A program made the position numbers and the translations under genes. DNA of 56,575 nucleotides from Methanobacteriota archaeon (GTDB lineage Archaea > Thermoplasmatota > Poseidoniia > MGIII > CG-Epi1), in the NCBI GenBank assembly GCA_002687355.1, contig NYZZ01000036.1, positions 1 to 56,575 on the forward strand. The letters are read 5' to 3'. The notes under the pieces were generated by a model that saw nothing but the letters and a program-made list of their open reading frames with translations, did no database searches and had not been told where the DNA came from. Within the stretch, counting starts at the first letter, position 1, and every line of letters begins with the position of its first letter. This document shows positions 10,478 through 20,540 of the stretch, one piece after another.

Positions 10478-11179
10478 ATGGCTGACGGCAATGAACAGTC
10501 TGCCCAGCTTGAGAGCGCGCTCACACACGAACAGCAGCGTCTCGAAAAGCTGTGGGACGCCTACGAACAACAGGAGCAGGACCTGAACGCGTCACTCGAC
10601 CGTATCAACCGACTTGAGTCCGACCTGGAAACCAAGCAGGCAATGGTCCAGTCGCTGGAGGAACTGCTCAGCGAGCGCGACGGCCGAGTGCGCGAGCTGG
10701 AAATCGATCGGCAACGGCAAGCCAAAGTCGAAGCCGAGTATGGGCCGCGCGTGGAAACGCTCGAGGAAAGAGTTGCTGACCAGACTGAGAAGTACGATCG
10801 GCTGCTCTCGATTACCCAAGAAATGGAGGAGGAACTCGAGTTCGCCAAGCAAGCGGTACGAGCGCGTGATGCTTGGTTCAACCTGAACGTCAGCAGTCTC
10901 GAAGCGATTGCAGAGGTCAGCAAGGAATGGCGCTCAATTCAGTCGGGCAACTTCCCTGCTCCGGCTAGCGGTGGCGGACCAGGAGGCTCAAAGGCTGATT
11001 TCATCACTGAAGTGTCCAAACTCAAGGGGCTCGGCAAGGTGAAGGCAGAACAGCTCTACGATAGCGGCTTTCATTCAATCGGGGAACTCAAAGCAGCTTC
11101 ACTCGACGATATCTCTGGTGTCAGTGGCTTCACCAAGCTGACCGCACAGAAGATCGTTGACGGGGCCAAGTCGCTCTAG
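10478..11179 (+). CDS. Coiled-coil protein with C-terminal helix-hairpin-helix domain
   Basis: About 150 aa of heptad-rich E/Q/R helix, then KLKGLGKVKAEQL and SGVSGFTKLTAQKI (HhH pair). Confidence 0.75.
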   Translation: MADGNEQSAQLESALTHEQQRLEKLWDAYEQQEQDLNASLDRINRLESDLETKQAMVQSLEELLSERDGRVRELEIDRQRQAKVEAEYGPRVETLEERVADQTEKYDRLLSITQEMEEELEFAKQAVRARDAWFNLNVSSLEAIAEVSKEWRSIQSGNFPAPASGGGPGGSKADFITEVSKLKGLGKVKAEQLYDSGFHSIGELKAASLDDISGVSGFTKLTAQKIVDGAKSL

Positions 11180-11715
11180 AGCGCGAGGAAGTTTCGCACC
11201 ACCTGCTCATTCCTCACTTCAGGATGGAATAGCACGCCATAGTGTGGTAATTCGTGGTGACGAATCGCTTGCACACAACTTTTTGATTGTGCCAGTACCT
11301 CAAACTGCGGACCGGGGTCGATTGCACGGTGGTGGAGCGCAAAAGCTTCAAAATTGCCGGAACAAAGTGGATTCTCCGCAATCGTCTTGACTTGAACCAT
11401 ACCGATTTCACGCTGAATGATGATTTCGCCGCCACAAACGGCTACAAGCAATTGCATCCCGGAGCAAATTGCCAACAACGGTACATCAGCATCCAGTAAT
11501 GGTTTAATATCAGGATTTTCTTTTAAATATATGTCGTCTTGAAGTGCAGTTCCCCCCAGCAAGATATGAGAAACTCCTACAGGAACGCTGTCAAGATTGT
11601 TTAGATGACTACTTTCGACGGTCTTACCTGCATCGCGTATGACGCGTGCTAGCGGTACGATGAACTCAGCCTCACTCAGCGGCTCAACGCAGGTTGAGAC
11701 GATGAGCACAGTCAC
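11176..11715 (-). CDS. Class I glutamine amidotransferase (GMP synthase subunit A-like)
   Basis: LAICSGMQL (nucleophile elbow) and FHPE (His-Glu); overlaps the dph6 stop. Confidence 0.8.
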   Translation of the reverse strand: MTVLIVSTCVEPLSEAEFIVPLARVIRDAGKTVESSHLNNLDSVPVGVSHILLGGTALQDDIYLKENPDIKPLLDADVPLLAICSGMQLLVAVCGGEIIIQREIGMVQVKTIAENPLCSGNFEAFALHHRAIDPGPQFEVLAQSKSCVQAIRHHELPHYGVLFHPEVRNEQVVRNFLAL

Positions 11716-12389
11716 ACGAGCACCGCCTCGGTAATGTGTAATCGACCGGCGCCGGCGTGGAACTTAGATGTGGTCTCAATCAATCGCAGCCGTTTCTGGA
11801 ATAACGGCGCGCCGAGCACCAGTGTCTCTAGTTCGCCGCCCTCACCGGCTGGGTTCAGCCTGTGCCGGTCCGCCTGCACCAGCAGCCTGTCTACCGCTGC
11901 TCGGTCCAGGCTGCGGCCGAGCCACTCTGCGCCGAGTCCGTCGGCTGCGACAGCAGTCACGACCACCTCGTACCCATCGGTCAGTAATACATCTAGCAGT
12001 TTTAGCTGCGGTAGCTGCCAGAGCGGGTTGAAACACCAGAGTCCAAGATTGGCGCAGACGCGCTGGACGCGCGTTGCCTGGTAGACTGACGCCAGTGCAC
12101 CAGTGACTACGCCCGTAATCCTGTATTTGCGCTGCGCGCGCACCAGCAGCGCCTCCATATCGGCCAGTTCATCCTCAGGCTCACCCGGCGTAGCCGCAGT
12201 GAGTTGTGCGATATCCAAGGCTTTCGCCTGTAGTGCAGTCCACTCCAGCGCCGGCGTGTGGAACATCCAGCTGTCGTCGCGTTCGGGAAATAGTGTCAAC
12301 AGGCAAACAATCTCGTGGCCGGCGGCGACGGCGCGGTGCAACGCGAGGCAAGAGTCCTTACCGCCCGAGAAGAGCACACCGAGCTTCAT
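11712..12389 (-). CDS. dph6: Diphthine--ammonia ligase (diphthamide synthetase) family
   Basis: LFSGGKDS PP-loop, SWMFH, GALASVYQ, PLWQ, PAGEGGELET. Confidence 0.88.
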   Translation of the reverse strand: MKLGVLFSGGKDSCLALHRAVAAGHEIVCLLTLFPERDDSWMFHTPALEWTALQAKALDIAQLTAATPGEPEDELADMEALLVRAQRKYRITGVVTGALASVYQATRVQRVCANLGLWCFNPLWQLPQLKLLDVLLTDGYEVVVTAVAADGLGAEWLGRSLDRAAVDRLLVQADRHRLNPAGEGGELETLVLGAPLFQKRLRLIETTSKFHAGAGRLHITEAVLV

Positions 12390-12970
12390 TTACGCTTCCG
12401 CTTGCTGATTAGGTAAACTTCGCTCGACGCTTTACGGGACGCTTCGGGTGAGAGCGTGCGCACCGAGCCGAACTCAGCCTGGACCGCGGCACGATACTGC
12501 TGGAAATCCTCGCCTTCGAACACCTTGACTGCGAAGCTGCGGGCGCGGTGTTCACTAGCGATGGCGAGGGCTAACTCTGCCAGCTCGATGGAGCGGGCCT
12601 GGTCGACCGAGTAGTTACCGCTCAAGTCAGGGCTCATGTCAGAGATTACTACTGTAGCGCGCACAAGATTGGCGATACGCTGCTGCAAACTCGGGTCACG
12701 CAAATCACCACGCAGGAACTCAACACCCTCCAAAGGAGCTATGTACGCCAGATCTACACCCATGATCCTGCCATCGGGACCGACCATCTCTAAAGCAACC
12801 TGGCTCCAGCCACCCGGAGCGGCACCCAAGTCAAGGACAGTGTCACCTTTGCGAAAGAGCTTGGAGCGACGCTGGATTTCCTGTAGTTTATAGGCCGAGC
12901 GTGCGCGGTAACCCTCCTTTCGTGCACGACGCTGGAAACCATCGCGGCCACGGCGGCCCTTGCCCGGCAT
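12386..12970 (-). CDS. rlmE: 23S rRNA 2'-O-methyltransferase RlmE/FtsJ
   Basis: GYRARSAYKL, LDLGAAPGGWSQ, ISDMSP, KVFEG, ASRKASSEVY. Confidence 0.94.
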   Translation of the reverse strand: MPGKGRRGRDGFQRRARKEGYRARSAYKLQEIQRRSKLFRKGDTVLDLGAAPGGWSQVALEMVGPDGRIMGVDLAYIAPLEGVEFLRGDLRDPSLQQRIANLVRATVVISDMSPDLSGNYSVDQARSIELAELALAIASEHRARSFAVKVFEGEDFQQYRAAVQAEFGSVRTLSPEASRKASSEVYLISKRKRK

Positions 12971-14026
12971 TCAGCTGCCGCCCGCCTTGCGGAGCGCCCA
13001 CTTGGCAGCCTGGCAGATTTTCAAGTCGGCACCAGTCGTAGTGCGGTTACGAATCAGTTTCAGGTGTGGCTTGACAAGCGCCGGTTTGTTGGCACCAATA
13101 TAGCCCAGCGCCTTCAGAATTTCAATATGAATGTACCAGTCCTCATTCTTCAAGGCACGCGCCAAATGCGGTACCGCCTGCATCACCACCAGAGCATCCT
13201 TGTTCCCGATTCTGCCGAGTGCAGTTGCACAAGCCTTGCGCAGCTCCGATGAATTGGAACGTAAACCCTTGACAAGCACAGGAACAGCTCCCGCGACCGC
13301 CTGTGGACTGTGCCGGCCCAAGACACCGACGCACTCAGCTGCACGTTCCTGTACCCGGTCGCTCGATTTAAGCGCGACAACCACGGCGGGTGCCAGCTTG
13401 ATGGCGGCTTGCGGTTGTTTGCCGGCGAGGGTGGTCAGTAGCACAATGGCATGGTAACGCACGCGCCAGTCACGGTGCTTGAGCGCGTCGCGCAACTTGG
13501 GAAGTGCCTGCGCCGGCGCTTTGTGGAGCACGCGCCCAAGTGCCTCCTGTGTTGCGTAGCGCACGTCTTTGTCATCGTCGTCGAGCAACTCGAACAGGTC
13601 GGGAATGGTTTCGTCGCGTCGTCGTTCAGAGCTTATTGAAAGGCTAGTCCACAATTTGACGACACGCAAACGCACCTCACGGTGCGGGCTGTCAAGCGTC
13701 TCCTGGATTGCAGAAAAGAAATCGTCCTGCCGCTCTGGCAGTAGCTCACGCAGTTCAAGCAGCGCCTCGATTATCGCTAGTTGTGCCTGTGCCGGCTGTT
13801 CGGACAGCGTTCCGAGCAGTGCCTTGACTATAGGCTCGCGCCAGCGTTCGGCCGCCTGCACCTGTACTAACAGCGCCTTGACCGCGGCGGCACGCTCCTG
13901 CTCACTGCCCGATTTGAGCGTAGTCAGGTGTTTCTCGACTTGGCTATCGAAGCCGCGGTCGGCCGAGCCATCCCGCCATTCGTCGACAGAATCCTTGAGT
14001 TCACTGAAACGGTCGCGCCACGACAC
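12971..14026 (-). CDS. HEAT-repeat protein
   Basis: Repeated LxDxxxxVR..A..AL units (LDDDDKDVRYATQEAL, LKHRDWRVRYHA, LRSNSSELRKACATAL). Start set at GTG 14026 to avoid overlap with gatD. Confidence 0.8.
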   Translation of the reverse strand: MSWRDRFSELKDSVDEWRDGSADRGFDSQVEKHLTTLKSGSEQERAAAVKALLVQVQAAERWREPIVKALLGTLSEQPAQAQLAIIEALLELRELLPERQDDFFSAIQETLDSPHREVRLRVVKLWTSLSISSERRRDETIPDLFELLDDDDKDVRYATQEALGRVLHKAPAQALPKLRDALKHRDWRVRYHAIVLLTTLAGKQPQAAIKLAPAVVVALKSSDRVQERAAECVGVLGRHSPQAVAGAVPVLVKGLRSNSSELRKACATALGRIGNKDALVVMQAVPHLARALKNEDWYIHIEILKALGYIGANKPALVKPHLKLIRNRTTTGADLKICQAAKWALRKAGGS

Positions 14027-14074
14027 GAGCCTCGCGAAGGGATGAAGGTAATAAGGCTCGCGCGATGGGACGCC

Positions 14075-15343
14075 ATGCCGACCGCGGCGGAGCAATTCCT
14101 GAAGGGACACGACGCCCGGCTGCACGACCACGTGCGCATCAGCTCGGGTGGCCACAGCTACGAAGGACGCATTATGCCGGCACACCGCTTCTCAGGTGAG
14201 CACGTCATAGTCCTCAAGCTCGCCAACGGCTACAATATAGGCGTCTCGTGCGAAGACGCCGAACTTGAACTACTCGAGCGCGCTGCACCCTCACCAGATG
14301 TGACCGTAACGGCCGCGTCCCCGCCAAACGACCTGCCGCCACTGACAGTACTCGGGACGGGGGGCACCATTGCGTCCTACGTGGACTACCAGACAGGGGC
14401 AGTCCACCCGGCGAAAAGCGCTGAGGAACTGGTGGCTGCTGTCAAGGATCTCGCCAATATCGCCAGCATCCGCGCTGATGCACTGCTCTCACTGGCGTCG
14501 GAGGACATGCAACCTGATGACTGGGTGAAAATCGCTACGCGTGTCAGCGAGCTGCACGCGAAGGATGGAAACGGAGTCGTAATCGGCCACGGCACTGACA
14601 CTATGACGTATACGGCTGCGGCGCTGGCATTCCAGCTGCCGTCACTGCAGGCACCAGTGGTGCTGACTGGTGCACAGCGTAGCAGCGATCGGCCCTCGAC
14701 CGATGCCCACCTGAATCTCGCTGGCGCTGCCAGAACGGCACTTACTGACTTGGGTGAAGTGGCTGTCGCAATGCACGCCTCACCGAGTGACGACTTTGTG
14801 GCTATCTGGCGCGGGACGCGGGTTCGCAAGGCACACTCGTCGCGGCGTGACGCATTCACGGCACCGAACGGCGGTCAACTTGGAAGCGTCGGCAACACTG
14901 TCGAGTTTGACGCTGAATACCGTCCCGTCGCCAATGAGACGCGACTTGAAGCAGGCTTCGACCCAGACGTGGCGCTGGTCTGGAGCCACCCTGCTCTTAC
15001 GGCAAGCGACTGGGAGGCTGTGACCGCTGGCAAGAAGGGCGTCGTCATCGCCGGCACTGGACTTGGCCACGTCGGGTCACACCTGCATGATGCCATACGG
15101 ACGACTGCGCGCGACGGTGTCGTGGCGATGACGACACAGTGCTTGGCAGGGAGCACTAACTTGAACATCTACCGCAACGGCCGAGAGTTGGGTGAAGCGG
15201 GGGTTGTCGAGGCGGGCGATACACTGCCAGAAACAGCATTGGTGAAACTGATGTGGCTACTCAAGCATCGCCCTGACTCGATTGCTGCAGATATTGAGGA
15301 AAATCTAGCGGGCGAACTCGGAACGCGCCGGTTTTTAGATTAA
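14075..15343 (+). CDS. gatD: Glu-tRNA(Gln) amidotransferase subunit D
   Basis: VLKLANGYNIG N-domain; GTGGTIASYVDYQTGAV; HGTDTM; GAQRSSDRPS; PETALVKLMW. Confidence 0.95.
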   Translation: MPTAAEQFLKGHDARLHDHVRISSGGHSYEGRIMPAHRFSGEHVIVLKLANGYNIGVSCEDAELELLERAAPSPDVTVTAASPPNDLPPLTVLGTGGTIASYVDYQTGAVHPAKSAEELVAAVKDLANIASIRADALLSLASEDMQPDDWVKIATRVSELHAKDGNGVVIGHGTDTMTYTAAALAFQLPSLQAPVVLTGAQRSSDRPSTDAHLNLAGAARTALTDLGEVAVAMHASPSDDFVAIWRGTRVRKAHSSRRDAFTAPNGGQLGSVGNTVEFDAEYRPVANETRLEAGFDPDVALVWSHPALTASDWEAVTAGKKGVVIAGTGLGHVGSHLHDAIRTTARDGVVAMTTQCLAGSTNLNIYRNGRELGEAGVVEAGDTLPETALVKLMWLLKHRPDSIAADIEENLAGELGTRRFLD

Positions 15344-15373
15344 GCTTTTACTAACCTACTGCTGACCTCGTCC

Positions 15374-16489
15374 ATGACAGACCCGCGCTACGCCAAGTTA
15401 GCTTCCAACCTGATTAACCATTCCATCCGCCTGCAAAAGGGCGAAAAGGTGCTCATCGAAGCGTTTGACTTGCCAGAGACTATGATTATTGCGCTGGCGC
15501 GCGCTGCGCGCAAGGCAGGTGGCGTGCCGCTAGTGACACTGAAGAACAACCGCGTCCTGCGCGAGCTCTATCGCGAGGCGACTGAGGAGCAAATGCAACT
15601 CTGCGGCAAAGTTGAGCTGGCGCGGATGAAAGAGATGGACGCCTATATTGCCATGCGTGGCAGCAGTAATATTGCAGAGTTTTCAGACGTACCCTCAGAC
15701 CGTATGCAGCTCTACCAAACGCACTGGCTACAGCCGGTTCATTTCCAAGAACGCGTACCCAACACTCGCTGGGTAGTGCTGCGCTGGCCGTCAGCGTCGA
15801 TGGCACAGCAGGCTGAAATGTCGACTGAGGAATTCGAGGACTTCTACTTTGAGGTCTGCTGCCTAGATTACGCGAAGATGGGGAAAGCAATTGCACCACT
15901 AAAAGAGTTAATGGAGCGTACAGACCAAGTGCACATCACCGGCCCTAATACCGATCTTCGCTTCTCTATTAAGGATATTCCAGCAATCGCCTGCTGTGGC
16001 GACCGCAATATCCCTGACGGTGAGTGCTTTACCGCTCCCGTTAAGAATTCTGTCGAGGGACACATCCACTTCAACGCGCGTACACTGTACAACGGCACCA
16101 TATTCAGTGACGTACGACTCGAGTTCAAGAACGGAAAGGTAGTTGGCGCGACCGGCAGCGATGACGCGAGACTGAACGAAATCCTGGATAGCGACGAAGG
16201 TGCGCGCTATGTCGGCGAATTCGCACTCGCATTCAACCCCTTCATCCAGGAACCGATGCTCGACATCCTGTTCGATGAGAAAATTGCCGGCAGCTTCCAT
16301 TTTACCCCCGGTAACGCTTACGACGAGGCAGACAACGGCAACCGCTCAGATGTACACTGGGACATGGTGATGATCCAGCGGCCAGAGCATGGCGGCGGCG
16401 AAATTCACTTTGACGACGTACTCATCCGTAAAGACGGTCTGTTTGTACTGCCTGAGCTGGAAGGACTCAACCCGGAGAACCTCCGGTAG
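15374..16489 (+). CDS. Aminopeptidase, M29 (AmpS/AmpT) family
   Basis: [46 protein letters not shown]. Confidence 0.92.
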   Translation: MTDPRYAKLASNLINHSIRLQKGEKVLIEAFDLPETMIIALARAARKAGGVPLVTLKNNRVLRELYREATEEQMQLCGKVELARMKEMDAYIAMRGSSNIAEFSDVPSDRMQLYQTHWLQPVHFQERVPNTRWVVLRWPSASMAQQAEMSTEEFEDFYFEVCCLDYAKMGKAIAPLKELMERTDQVHITGPNTDLRFSIKDIPAIACCGDRNIPDGECFTAPVKNSVEGHIHFNARTLYNGTIFSDVRLEFKNGKVVGATGSDDARLNEILDSDEGARYVGEFALAFNPFIQEPMLDILFDEKIAGSFHFTPGNAYDEADNGNRSDVHWDMVMIQRPEHGGGEIHFDDVLIRKDGLFVLPELEGLNPENLR

Positions 16490-16497
16490 CAAGGACC

Positions 16498-17625
16498 ATG
16501 CGAGCCCGGCTCATGGACGATCCAATCGCCTCGGCTGAGCTGGCAGGACTGGCCTATGTCAGTGATTCTGAACCTGGGTTCTCAAGGCAGCAAAGAGGCG
16601 ATGATATAGTACACGTAAGCGCGAAGGGTAGAATTCTAAAAAATAGTAAAAAAATCGAGCGCATAGAGGGACTGAAAATCCCACCCGCCTGGACAAAAGT
16701 ATGGATTTGTGAGAACCGCAAAGGTCACCTGCAAGTGACTGGTGTTGACAAGAAAGGGCGCAAGCAATACATTTACCACCCTCTTTGGACCAAGCTGCGC
16801 AGCGAGGCCAAGTTTGACAAGATGGTAGAATTTGGCCATACACTGCCCACTATCCGTAGACAGTATGGCCTTGATCTACAGGTTGAAGGTAATCCAAAGC
16901 AAATGATGATGCCAAAAGAGCGTATGCTGGCGGCACTGGTTAGGCTGCTCGATACAACCTTCATCCGAATCGGCAATGAGACCTACCGTAAGGAAAACCA
17001 GCACTTCGGACTTACAACCCTGCTGGACGACCATTGCACGTTCGAGTATGATGATGATGTGCTACCAGAAGAGGAAAAATGGTACGATGGACAGCTCGTA
17101 GGCTGGTTCACGTTCGTAGGCAAGAGTGGAAAGGACCACACCGTAATGGTGCACGATGAGGACTATCCGGATCTAGTGGCTTTGATGATCGAAAGCTACA
17201 ACCTCAAGGCTGAAGGGACGAATGACCTCTTCGTCTACGTCGACGAGGGCGGCACACCTCGAGATATCAAGTCCAGGATGGTCAACGACTATTTGCAGAA
17301 GACTGCCGGGTCAAGTTATAGCGCTAAAGATTTCAGGACATGGCGTGGGACGGAAATGGCTGCTAGTGGACTGGCAAATACGCCGAAGCGGCTCAACAAG
17401 AAAGAACGCAAGAAAAGAGTGACAAAAGTGGTGAAGGAAGTCGCAACCAGATTAGGAAATACACCAGCCGTCTGCCGCAGCTCCTACATCCATCCGCTCT
17501 TCCTAAACGACTATATGTCTGGAAGTTTCCACAGGAAGTGGAAACAAGCCCACTCTGAGGAAGAAAACGAGATGCTTTCACCCGATGAAATTGCGGTCCT
17601 CAACTACCTGAGGAAAAGCGCATAA
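16498..17625 (+). CDS. DNA topoisomerase IB, small bacterial/poxviral type
   Basis: IPPAWTKVWI, GRKQYIYH, IRIGNETY, GLTTL, FVGKSGK, AKDFRTW, LGNTPAVCRSSYIHP (catalytic Tyr). Confidence 0.92.
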   Translation: MRARLMDDPIASAELAGLAYVSDSEPGFSRQQRGDDIVHVSAKGRILKNSKKIERIEGLKIPPAWTKVWICENRKGHLQVTGVDKKGRKQYIYHPLWTKLRSEAKFDKMVEFGHTLPTIRRQYGLDLQVEGNPKQMMMPKERMLAALVRLLDTTFIRIGNETYRKENQHFGLTTLLDDHCTFEYDDDVLPEEEKWYDGQLVGWFTFVGKSGKDHTVMVHDEDYPDLVALMIESYNLKAEGTNDLFVYVDEGGTPRDIKSRMVNDYLQKTAGSSYSAKDFRTWRGTEMAASGLANTPKRLNKKERKKRVTKVVKEVATRLGNTPAVCRSSYIHPLFLNDYMSGSFHRKWKQAHSEEENEMLSPDEIAVLNYLRKSA

Positions 17626-17641
17626 AAGAAGGGGATTTTTC

Positions 17642-17938
17642 TCAACCGCTAACTAGAATTTCAATGCTCTCGGTAAGGGCAATGTCCTTGTTGGTGATTC
17701 CGTTAGCATCGTGCGTGGTTGTAGTGATTTTTACATTGGAATAGTCAAATATCAGTATATCTGGATGATGATTCATTTCCTCCGCAATTTCGGCGATACG
17801 ATTTACGAAAGTTACAGCCGAGCCAAAGGTATCGAAACTGAAATCCTTGAAAAGACGATGATAGACGTCATCATGACTCCAACCATCCATGCCTTTCAAT
17901 GCCTTCTCAATTCCATCGTCGCTCAATAAATCGGACAT
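17642..17938 (-). CDS. phhB: Pterin-4a-carbinolamine dehydratase
   Basis: AEEMNHHPDI...TTHDANGITNKD. Confidence 0.88.
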   Translation of the reverse strand: MSDLLSDDGIEKALKGMDGWSHDDVYHRLFKDFSFDTFGSAVTFVNRIAEIAEEMNHHPDILIFDYSNVKITTTTHDANGITNKDIALTESIEILVSG

Positions 17939-17973
17939 TAAAACCGCACCTTTGTGGAGGTATTTAGTCCTTT

Positions 17974-19194
17974 GTGACCTTAATGTTTTATATGCCCTTA
18001 TTTAACCGAACGCGTTTGACACTATTCAAGGACATAATGCCAAAAAGCATGTCGAAGGGGCAAGAGCGCTACCTGAAGGCGCTTGTGCTTGTTTTCTTGT
18101 TACTTCTATTGGTCCTCACAATTGCACACACCGAAGATAACCCAGACTGGTATTTCGTTGTTCCGGGCCTGATAATACACCTCTCAGCCGAATCTTTTCT
18201 AATCCTAATTACGTCAGCTTTCGTGGCTGCTGCTACCAGGCATTTCATTATACCCATAATACTGTATGTGAGAGGTAGAAGCCAGTGGGAATGGGACCCC
18301 AGGCCTCTTGCCTTCTGGTTAGTCATTACTAAGGGCATTGCCCTGTACTTTATCGAACTTTCAGCAACAAATAGTAATCTTTCGTCGTACCTGAATGTCA
18401 CGTGTACGTTTTTCAATAGTATATTCGTGATTTTTCTAACAGTATTCCTGCTCAGGATATATCTACATTATTTTGTGCCTTTCCTATCCAAAGTGCTCTT
18501 GGCTATAGAAACCGACACACAATACGGACCAATTCTTGAAATTATAGGCTCAATAATGATTCTTATTTTTGGTTTAGCCGAATTTCTTAATCAATTCGAT
18601 GTCGATATTGGAGTCCTGCTCGCCGGAATCGGAGTGGCAGGTCTTGTCATTGCGCTGGCTGCACAGGATACCCTCAGTAATTTTTTCTCAGGCATCCTGC
18701 TATTGCTTGATCAGGGTTTCAAAACCGGTGACATGGTGTATTTCGATGGCGATTACTGTATTATCCGAGATTTTGGTTTGCGTTCCACCAAACTCTACAA
18801 CATAATTGAGCATGTTGTCGTCATTATTCCGAACAATGCCTTTGCATCGCAGAATATTGTAAATGTGACAAAGCCCGATCGCTATGTCAGGCATAGAATC
18901 AACGTGGGTGTATCGTACGACTCCGATCCTAGCAAGGTAGAAGAAGTTCTGCTGAAGGTCGCCGCCGGAAACGCGGACGTGGAGACAGATGACCCTACTC
19001 GGAAACCTATTGTCCGGTTTCAGTCTTTTGGAGAGTCCAGTCTTGAATTCGTTCTGGTACTGTGGATTAAGAATGTAATCAAGATTCGTCAAGTCAATTC
19101 AGATTTGCACCATGAAATATTCACGAATCTAAGAAAGGCGAAGGTAGTGATTGCCTATCCACAGAGAGACGTTCATTTGCATGAAGTATCTTAA
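17974..19194 (+). CDS. mscS: Small-conductance mechanosensitive channel (true start probably 18037 or 18049)
   Basis: GIGVAGLVIALAAQDTLSNFFSG, FKTGD, GLRST, IPN, GVSYDSD, FGESSL, IAYPQRDVHL. Confidence 0.9.
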   Translation: MTLMFYMPLFNRTRLTLFKDIMPKSMSKGQERYLKALVLVFLLLLLVLTIAHTEDNPDWYFVVPGLIIHLSAESFLILITSAFVAAATRHFIIPIILYVRGRSQWEWDPRPLAFWLVITKGIALYFIELSATNSNLSSYLNVTCTFFNSIFVIFLTVFLLRIYLHYFVPFLSKVLLAIETDTQYGPILEIIGSIMILIFGLAEFLNQFDVDIGVLLAGIGVAGLVIALAAQDTLSNFFSGILLLLDQGFKTGDMVYFDGDYCIIRDFGLRSTKLYNIIEHVVVIIPNNAFASQNIVNVTKPDRYVRHRINVGVSYDSDPSKVEEVLLKVAAGNADVETDDPTRKPIVRFQSFGESSLEFVLVLWIKNVIKIRQVNSDLHHEIFTNLRKAKVVIAYPQRDVHLHEVS

Positions 19195-19262
19195 ACTGGT
19201 TGTAGGCCTTGGATGTGAGCTGGCGCCGCCAGCCCCTTAAGCCCCCTGCAATTTGGGCCGTA

Positions 19263-19481
19263 ATGGCGTACAGCGACCTCTCACCGGCGGACCTGAAGGT
19301 GTACGACTACTTACGCGGGAACGACTTCGTCGCTAAGCCCTGGTCGACCGCAAAGGCGGCGAAGACGCTGAAGCTAAAGCCGGAACAAGTGTACGAAGCC
19401 TTGAGCAACATCGCGCATTACATGCGCAGCAACATTCACATCCACTACCGTGACGGAGCGCTGCGCATCGCAGCTGAATGA
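19263..19481 (+). CDS. Small basic protein, possible winged helix-turn-helix
   Basis: LSPADLKVYDYL...STAKAAKTLKLKPEQVYEALSNI; TTAA box at about 19237. Confidence 0.55.
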   Translation: MAYSDLSPADLKVYDYLRGNDFVAKPWSTAKAAKTLKLKPEQVYEALSNIAHYMRSNIHIHYRDGALRIAAE

Positions 19482-19675
19482 GCGACGCCTCCTGGCGAGG
19501 ACTCGGCGCGCTGGGTGTACTGTTTTTCGGTTACCTGTTCTGGACGTTAGAGCCGGTACTATGGCAGCAGGTGCTACTGGCACTGCTGGCGCTTGATTCG
19601 CTGCTGCTAGCGCTACTCGGCTGGCGCTACATCAGCTGGTTCCTAGGGTTGTTCAGCGAAGGGGCAGGAGATTAA
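19478..19675 (+). CDS. Small two-TM membrane protein
   Basis: ATGA overlap with the previous gene; two hydrophobic segments. Confidence 0.5.
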   Translation: MSDASWRGLGALGVLFFGYLFWTLEPVLWQQVLLALLALDSLLLALLGWRYISWFLGLFSEGAGD

Positions 19676-19681
19676 TCCTAG

Positions 19682-20503
19682 ATGACTCAATGGGACATTG
19701 AGGACATCACCCCTGCGTTGCGCGACTCACCCCCAGATAGGCGCAATCAAGTCTGGAGGAATTGGTACGATCGTCTGGTTAGCCAACTGGACGATAGCGA
19801 CTACCGATTCATGAATTACGGATATCTGGGGCTTGAGAGTCCCAAATTAGAACCATCAGATGAAGCGAACCGTATTTTCATTGAGCTCTACCAAGTAACT
19901 CTCGGTGACACCAGCCTGACGGACAAAGACGTGCTTGATATCAGTTCAGGACTGGGAGGAGGGGCCTATTGGATTTCTCGGGTATGCCAACCATCCTCCT
20001 TGGTTGGAATGGATTTCTCACCTGAGGTCGTCAGACTATGCAACAAGTGGTATGGTGGCCAGCATAACCTGCGTTTTGTTGTAGGCGATGCCGAAGCACT
20101 GCCCTTCCCGGACAATTCATTTGATGTTATTTACAACGTAGAGGCTTCGCATTGCTACGCTAATTACGATGTTTTCCTCAGAGAGGTATTCCGTGTGCTG
20201 AAGGCTGGTGGTGCATTCTGCTGGTCGGACTTCCAGAGCCGTACCTCAATGGGAAAAATCGAGACGGATTTTGAGAATTGCGGTTTTGAGATTGTTTCCT
20301 TGGATGATATTACGGATGGCGTGTTGCGTTCACTTGATTCAGTTCACAAAGCCATTTCCGAAGGCAAACTCGACGGTAAGCAGATAATATGGGGTAATGA
20401 CACAGAAAGCTTACAGGATGTCATCCAGGAATTTGCCGGTGGTGGGCGTTCATACCATTGTTGTAATCTATCCAAAAAGAATTCTATTGGCTCCAGAATT
20501 TAG
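19682..20503 (+). CDS. Class I SAM-dependent methyltransferase
   Basis: FMNYGY, VLDISSGLGGG (motif I), GDAEALPFPDNSFD, NVEASHCY, RVLKAGG. Confidence 0.88.
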   Translation: MTQWDIEDITPALRDSPPDRRNQVWRNWYDRLVSQLDDSDYRFMNYGYLGLESPKLEPSDEANRIFIELYQVTLGDTSLTDKDVLDISSGLGGGAYWISRVCQPSSLVGMDFSPEVVRLCNKWYGGQHNLRFVVGDAEALPFPDNSFDVIYNVEASHCYANYDVFLREVFRVLKAGGAFCWSDFQSRTSMGKIETDFENCGFEIVSLDDITDGVLRSLDSVHKAISEGKLDGKQIIWGNDTESLQDVIQEFAGGGRSYHCCNLSKKNSIGSRI

Positions 20504-20540
20504 CGGGAAGCATTTTATCCACGTATACTCTTCAATTAAC

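Noticed and set aside
13928..14185. Apparent antisense overlap of gatD and the HEAT gene
   Set aside because: These are longest-ORF extensions. Starts at 14075 and 14026 leave a 48-bp promoter gap.
14075..15343. Plain L-asparaginase I call
   Set aside because: The N-terminal KLxNGYNIG domain and the YVDYxTGAV motif identify it as GatD.
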